A stretch of DNA of 41,502 nt, from the NCBI GenBank assembly GCA_041192325.1, contig JBEENF010000001.1:1-41502 (forward strand), in the 5' to 3' direction. The DNA comes from Verrucomicrobiota bacterium (lineage in GTDB: Bacteria; Verrucomicrobiota; Verrucomicrobiia; Opitutales; Opitutaceae). The position numbers and the translations under genes are program-made. Every line of letters starts with the position of its first letter. The stretch's first letter is position 1. The notes under the pieces are model-generated. The model was not told where the DNA came from. It was given only the letters and a program-made list of their open reading frames with translations, and searched no databases. This document shows positions 38,057 through 41,502 of this stretch, piece after piece.

Positions 38057-39220
38057 GTGCCCACCTTTTTTGAGTTTTTCGCCGGAGGCGGAATGGCGCG
38101 GGCGGGATTTGGCCGAGGATGGACGTGCGCATTCGCCAACGATTTCGACGTAATGAAAGGGCGTGCCTACGCTGCCAACTGGGGCGGCAGTCATTTGCGC
38201 GTGGCGGATATCAATACGTTGCAGACCACGGATCTGCCAGGGGCGGCGGATCTCGTTTGGGCGTCTTTTCCGTGTCAGGATCTTTCGCTGGCCGGCGAGG
38301 GAGGTGGCCTCGGGCTTCGTTCCGCCAAGGCGCAAACCCGCTCGGGCACGTTTTGGCCATTCTTGCGGCTGATGCAGGGCTTGAAGCGGGAAGGCCGCGC
38401 TCCGGTTCTGCTCGTGCTGGAAAATGTCGTGGGCGCGTTACACGCCAACCACGGCCGCGACTTCGGGGCGATCGCCTCCTCCTTTGCGGCGCTCGGCTAT
38501 CGTTTCGGCTCGGTCGTGGTCGACGCGGCCCATTTTGTGCCGCAGTCGCGTCCGCGTTTGTTCGTGATTGGCGTCCGGGTGTCTGCGCAGCTGCCCGACC
38601 GGCTGACGCAAGAGGCGCCCGGCCAACCGTGGCACACGGAAGCATTGATGGGCGCGCACACGCGTTTGCCGGCGGAAGCGGCGAAGAAGTGGATCTGGTG
38701 GCGCGTGCCGGCGCCGCGGCCACGCCGGCAGACGTTTACCGATGTAATCGAGGCCCATCCAGCGTCCGTGGCGTGGCATACGCCGGCGCAGACCCGCGCG
38801 TTGCTGGCGATGATGAGCCCGGTCAATCGAGCCAAGGTGAGGAAAGCGCAGGGGAGCAACACGGCGGTCGTTGGGGGCGTTTACCGGCGCACGCGTCGCG
38901 ACGAAAATGGCCGGAAAGTACAGCGCGCCGAGGTGCGGTTCGATGGAATCTCCGGCTGCCTGCGCACGCCGGCCGGCGGCTCATCGCGCCAGCAAATCCT
39001 GGTCGTCGAAGGTAAATCGGTGCGGTCGCGGCTGCTCTCCGCCCGCGAGGCGGCCCGGCTGATGGGCCTGCCCGATTCGTATCGGCTGCCGGACAAGTAC
39101 AACGACGCGTACCACCTTGCGGGCGACGGCGTTGTGGCTCCCGTCGTGCGCCATCTCGCGCAATATCTGTTCGAGCCGATTCTCGCCGCCAACGCCCTGC
39201 CGCGGCCGGCGATTGCGTAA
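38057..39220 (+). CDS. Orphan DNA (cytosine-5)-methyltransferase
   Basis: Motif I FFAGGG, IV SFPCQDLS, VI LENV, VIII QSRPRLF, IX REAARLMG, X AGDGV. Confidence 0.93.
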   Translation: MPTFFEFFAGGGMARAGFGRGWTCAFANDFDVMKGRAYAANWGGSHLRVADINTLQTTDLPGAADLVWASFPCQDLSLAGEGGGLGLRSAKAQTRSGTFWPFLRLMQGLKREGRAPVLLVLENVVGALHANHGRDFGAIASSFAALGYRFGSVVVDAAHFVPQSRPRLFVIGVRVSAQLPDRLTQEAPGQPWHTEALMGAHTRLPAEAAKKWIWWRVPAPRPRRQTFTDVIEAHPASVAWHTPAQTRALLAMMSPVNRAKVRKAQGSNTAVVGGVYRRTRRDENGRKVQRAEVRFDGISGCLRTPAGGSSRQQILVVEGKSVRSRLLSAREAARLMGLPDSYRLPDKYNDAYHLAGDGVVAPVVRHLAQYLFEPILAANALPRPAIA

Positions 39221-39492
39221 GGGCGAGTTGCGCTCCGCGGGGCCGCGAAGGTACCGGGGAAGGACGATCATGATCGCGGACGACGGCAGGCCGGTCGGGC
39301 CGGGAGCGCCGGTTCCCCGGCTATTAGGCGAAGGAAAGCGCCGCCTACGAGCGAGGCGCATCGCGTGCGCGTGGAGCCGGGCGCCTTGACCGACTTTGCG
39401 CCGCGGGATACGTTGTTCAGGCGACGAGCGGCAAAGTGGATGGGGGCGCCAATGGCCGGCGGGGCACGACGCCTGATAAACGGAGGGTTACC

Positions 39493-41502
39493 ATGGAACG
39501 ACGAAGCTTTCTTAAAACCACCGCAGTCGGGGTGGGTCTGTTTTCGAACCTGCCGTTGTCGGGCGCCCCCCAGCGGAGCACGGTGGCGACGCCCGTCCCC
39601 ACGGTGGAGCTGGTTCCGCCGCCGGATGGTTATACCCCGCCCGAGTGGTTGCGGTATATGCGGGCGATCTATTTCGAGGGCTTTTCGCCGCCGGTGTATC
39701 CACATCTCGATGAGTATGACGCCGAGCGCGTCGTGCAGCTCGTGCTCGAGCTGGGCGGTGATACGCTGCGCTTTCAACCGATCGGGTTCTGGGCGTGTTA
39801 TCCCACTAAGTCCGGTTATCCGCTCCACCCGGAACTCGGGCAGCGTGATCTGCTCGCCGAGACGGCCCGCGCCTGTCGCCGGGCCGGAGTGCATCTGTAC
39901 TGCTACACCAAATACGGAAATCCGTTCCTGCACCCGAAATTTCTCGCCGAGCATCCTGCCTACCTCGATTGGGTTTTGCGCGGTCCGGACGGCAAGCCGT
40001 CGATCACCTTTGATAACCTGGGCTGGATGATGTCGCCGAAGGCCGACGCCACGGGTGATGCTTTTCGCGGGGCCGTGCATCGGATCATCCGCGAATACTC
40101 CGCGTATGATATTGATGGCGCGTATTTCGACGCGCCCAGCGGCTTTGGCTACACGGGGGTATGTTACTGCGACACGTGCCGGCGAAAATTTCGCGATTAC
40201 GCCGGCATGGACATCGACCGGCTCCAAAACCGCGAAGACCTGGAGGCTCTCGTCACGTGGTATCGATGGTTTGGCGAAATGGAGCAGGCGGATCTGCTGG
40301 AGTTTCGCCGCACGCTTCATGCCGCCGGAAAATTCATGCTCTGTCACAATGGCGGCGCCTGGCATGGCGAGGCGCTGCGCCAGCAGTATCGCATTCCGGA
40401 CGGGTTCATGGTCGAGCATCAGGTGCAGGTCTATCGCCGCCTCATGGCCGGAATGATGGGCGCCGCGATGGCGCGTCCCACCCGGAAGTTGCCGCAAATG
40501 TACATGGGCAGTTATTGCCTCTCCGATTTCAGTCAGCCGGCGCACAGCCGGCCGTGGCCGCTGGAAAACACCAGCAAGGAGGATGGCGACGAAATTCTCA
40601 TGGAGGGATTCGCAAATCTCGCGTGCGGGGGCGCCCCGATTTACGCGACGCTCAACCGGCTTTATTACGGCTTGGGCAGCGGCAGCGCGCAACCCGCCCG
40701 CGAAGTCTACGATGTGATGCGTGCGGTCGAGCCGCTGCTGAAGGACAGTGTCCCGGTTCCGTACGTCACGGTGGTCCCGACGTGGGAAGCGCTGCAGCTC
40801 TGGCGCACCCAACGGCGGGGCTGGAACGTGCCGATGAGCGAAGGCTTCGCGCTCGCCATGCTGGATGAGCGGCTGAGTCTCGATGTTTGTCCCAGCACGG
40901 AAATCACGGCAGGCTGGCTGCGGCAGCAGCGGGTGATCGCGCTTTGTGGCGCCTCGGGCCTCAGCGGCGAGCTGGCGGGGTTGCTGACGGATTGGGTGAA
41001 GGGCGGTGGAGGCTTGCTCGCGACGTTCGACACCGGACTTTGCGATGAACATGGCCAGCCTCGACCCGGCGGAATGCTGCGCGATCTCCTCGGCGTGGAC
41101 ATCCAGGGCGAGCCACTCGATACGCAGCCCGAGTGTTACTACCGCATCCAGGAAACGCATTCCGCGCTCGGTGACTTGCGCGCCGGCGCCAGCGTGAAGG
41201 GCGATGGACGAGTGTTGCCGGTGGCGGCGGTCGGCGGGGCGCGAGCGTTGGCGGATTGCTGGAATCTTGGGACGCGGCAATCCCGTGGTCCGGCGATCGT
41301 TGTCAATCGCCACGGGAAAGGCCGCACGGTTTACCTCAACGGGAGTCTCGAGGCGCACTACACCACCAGCCGCGTGCCGTCGCATCGCCGGCTGCTCGCA
41401 TCGATCGTGCGTTACCTCGCGGAGGATGCGCCGCCGCCGTTCACGCTGGAGGCGCCCCGCGGCGTTTACGGGGTGTTGCGGCGCGCGCCGAACGCGGACC
41501 TG
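39493..41502 (+). CDS. Tat-exported GHL6/GH42-like glycoside hydrolase with trimerisation-type domain (3' partial)
   Basis: Hand-translated: SD GGAGGG, then MERRSFLKTTAVGVG, HPELGQRDLLAETARACRRAG, YDIDGAYFD, CYCDTCRRKF; appears to stay open to the window end (...GVYGVLRRAPNADL). Not in the ORF track because it has no stop in the window. Confidence 0.85.
   Translation, partial: MERRSFLKTTAVGVGLFSNLPLSGAPQRSTVATPVPTVELVPPPDGYTPPEWLRYMRAIYFEGFSPPVYPHLDEYDAERVVQLVLELGGDTLRFQPIGFWACYPTKSGYPLHPELGQRDLLAETARACRRAGVHLYCYTKYGNPFLHPKFLAEHPAYLDWVLRGPDGKPSITFDNLGWMMSPKADATGDAFRGAVHRIIREYSAYDIDGAYFDAPSGFGYTGVCYCDTCRRKFRDYAGMDIDRLQNREDLEALVTWYRWFGEMEQADLLEFRRTLHAAGKFMLCHNGGAWHGEALRQQYRIPDGFMVEHQVQVYRRLMAGMMGAAMARPTRKLPQMYMGSYCLSDFSQPAHSRPWPLENTSKEDGDEILMEGFANLACGGAPIYATLNRLYYGLGSGSAQPAREVYDVMRAVEPLLKDSVPVPYVTVVPTWEALQLWRTQRRGWNVPMSEGFALAMLDERLSLDVCPSTEITAGWLRQQRVIALCGASGLSGELAGLLTDWVKGGGGLLATFDTGLCDEHGQPRPGGMLRDLLGVDIQGEPLDTQPECYYRIQETHSALGDLRAGASVKGDGRVLPVAAVGGARALADCWNLGTRQSRGPAIVVNRHGKGRTVYLNGSLEAHYTTSRVPSHRRLLASIVRYLAEDAPPPFTLEAPRGVYGVLRRAPNADL

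Noticed and set aside
39268-41385. 705-aa minus-strand ORF
   Set aside because: Antisense shadow of the plus-strand Tat hydrolase starting at 39493.
1-41502. CRISPR arrays, IS elements, prophage genes, tRNA/rRNA
   Set aside because: No regularly spaced repeats, transposase or integrase motifs, or cloverleaf/rRNA signatures seen on manual reading; a short element could have been missed.

Overview
High-GC bacterial chromosomal window, most likely Opitutaceae/Verrucomicrobia (inferred from gene content and style). It holds about 35 protein-coding genes and is mostly core or housekeeping. Left to right: a partial DMFase-beta-like protein, DUF4202, a Rieske protein plus a fused cytochrome b/dihaem cytochrome c, a threonine dehydratase operon with an SBP-permease fusion, a solo RelE-fold gene coupled to pssA, dnaN with an AT-rich origin-like upstream region, a molybdopterin cluster (moaA, moeA, moaC/D/E), gnd, small general-stress genes, a beta-helix protein, a SWIM-SNF2 ATPase, glyQS, a PA2169/Spy/DegQ stress cluster, an acyltransferase, a TonB-dependent receptor, an orphan C5 methyltransferase, and a Tat-exported glycoside hydrolase-like gene running off the right end (absent from the supplied ORF track). 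I saw no tRNA, rRNA, CRISPR array or mobile element. The best leads are: a candidate oriC upstream of dnaN with no adjacent dnaA; an antitoxin-less RelE-fold gene translationally coupled to pssA; and an ECF-type promoter motif, shared with the Spy/DegQ locus, that points into a gene-free hairpin-rich stretch (candidate sRNA). All family assignments come from motif recognition by eye, not from database searches.
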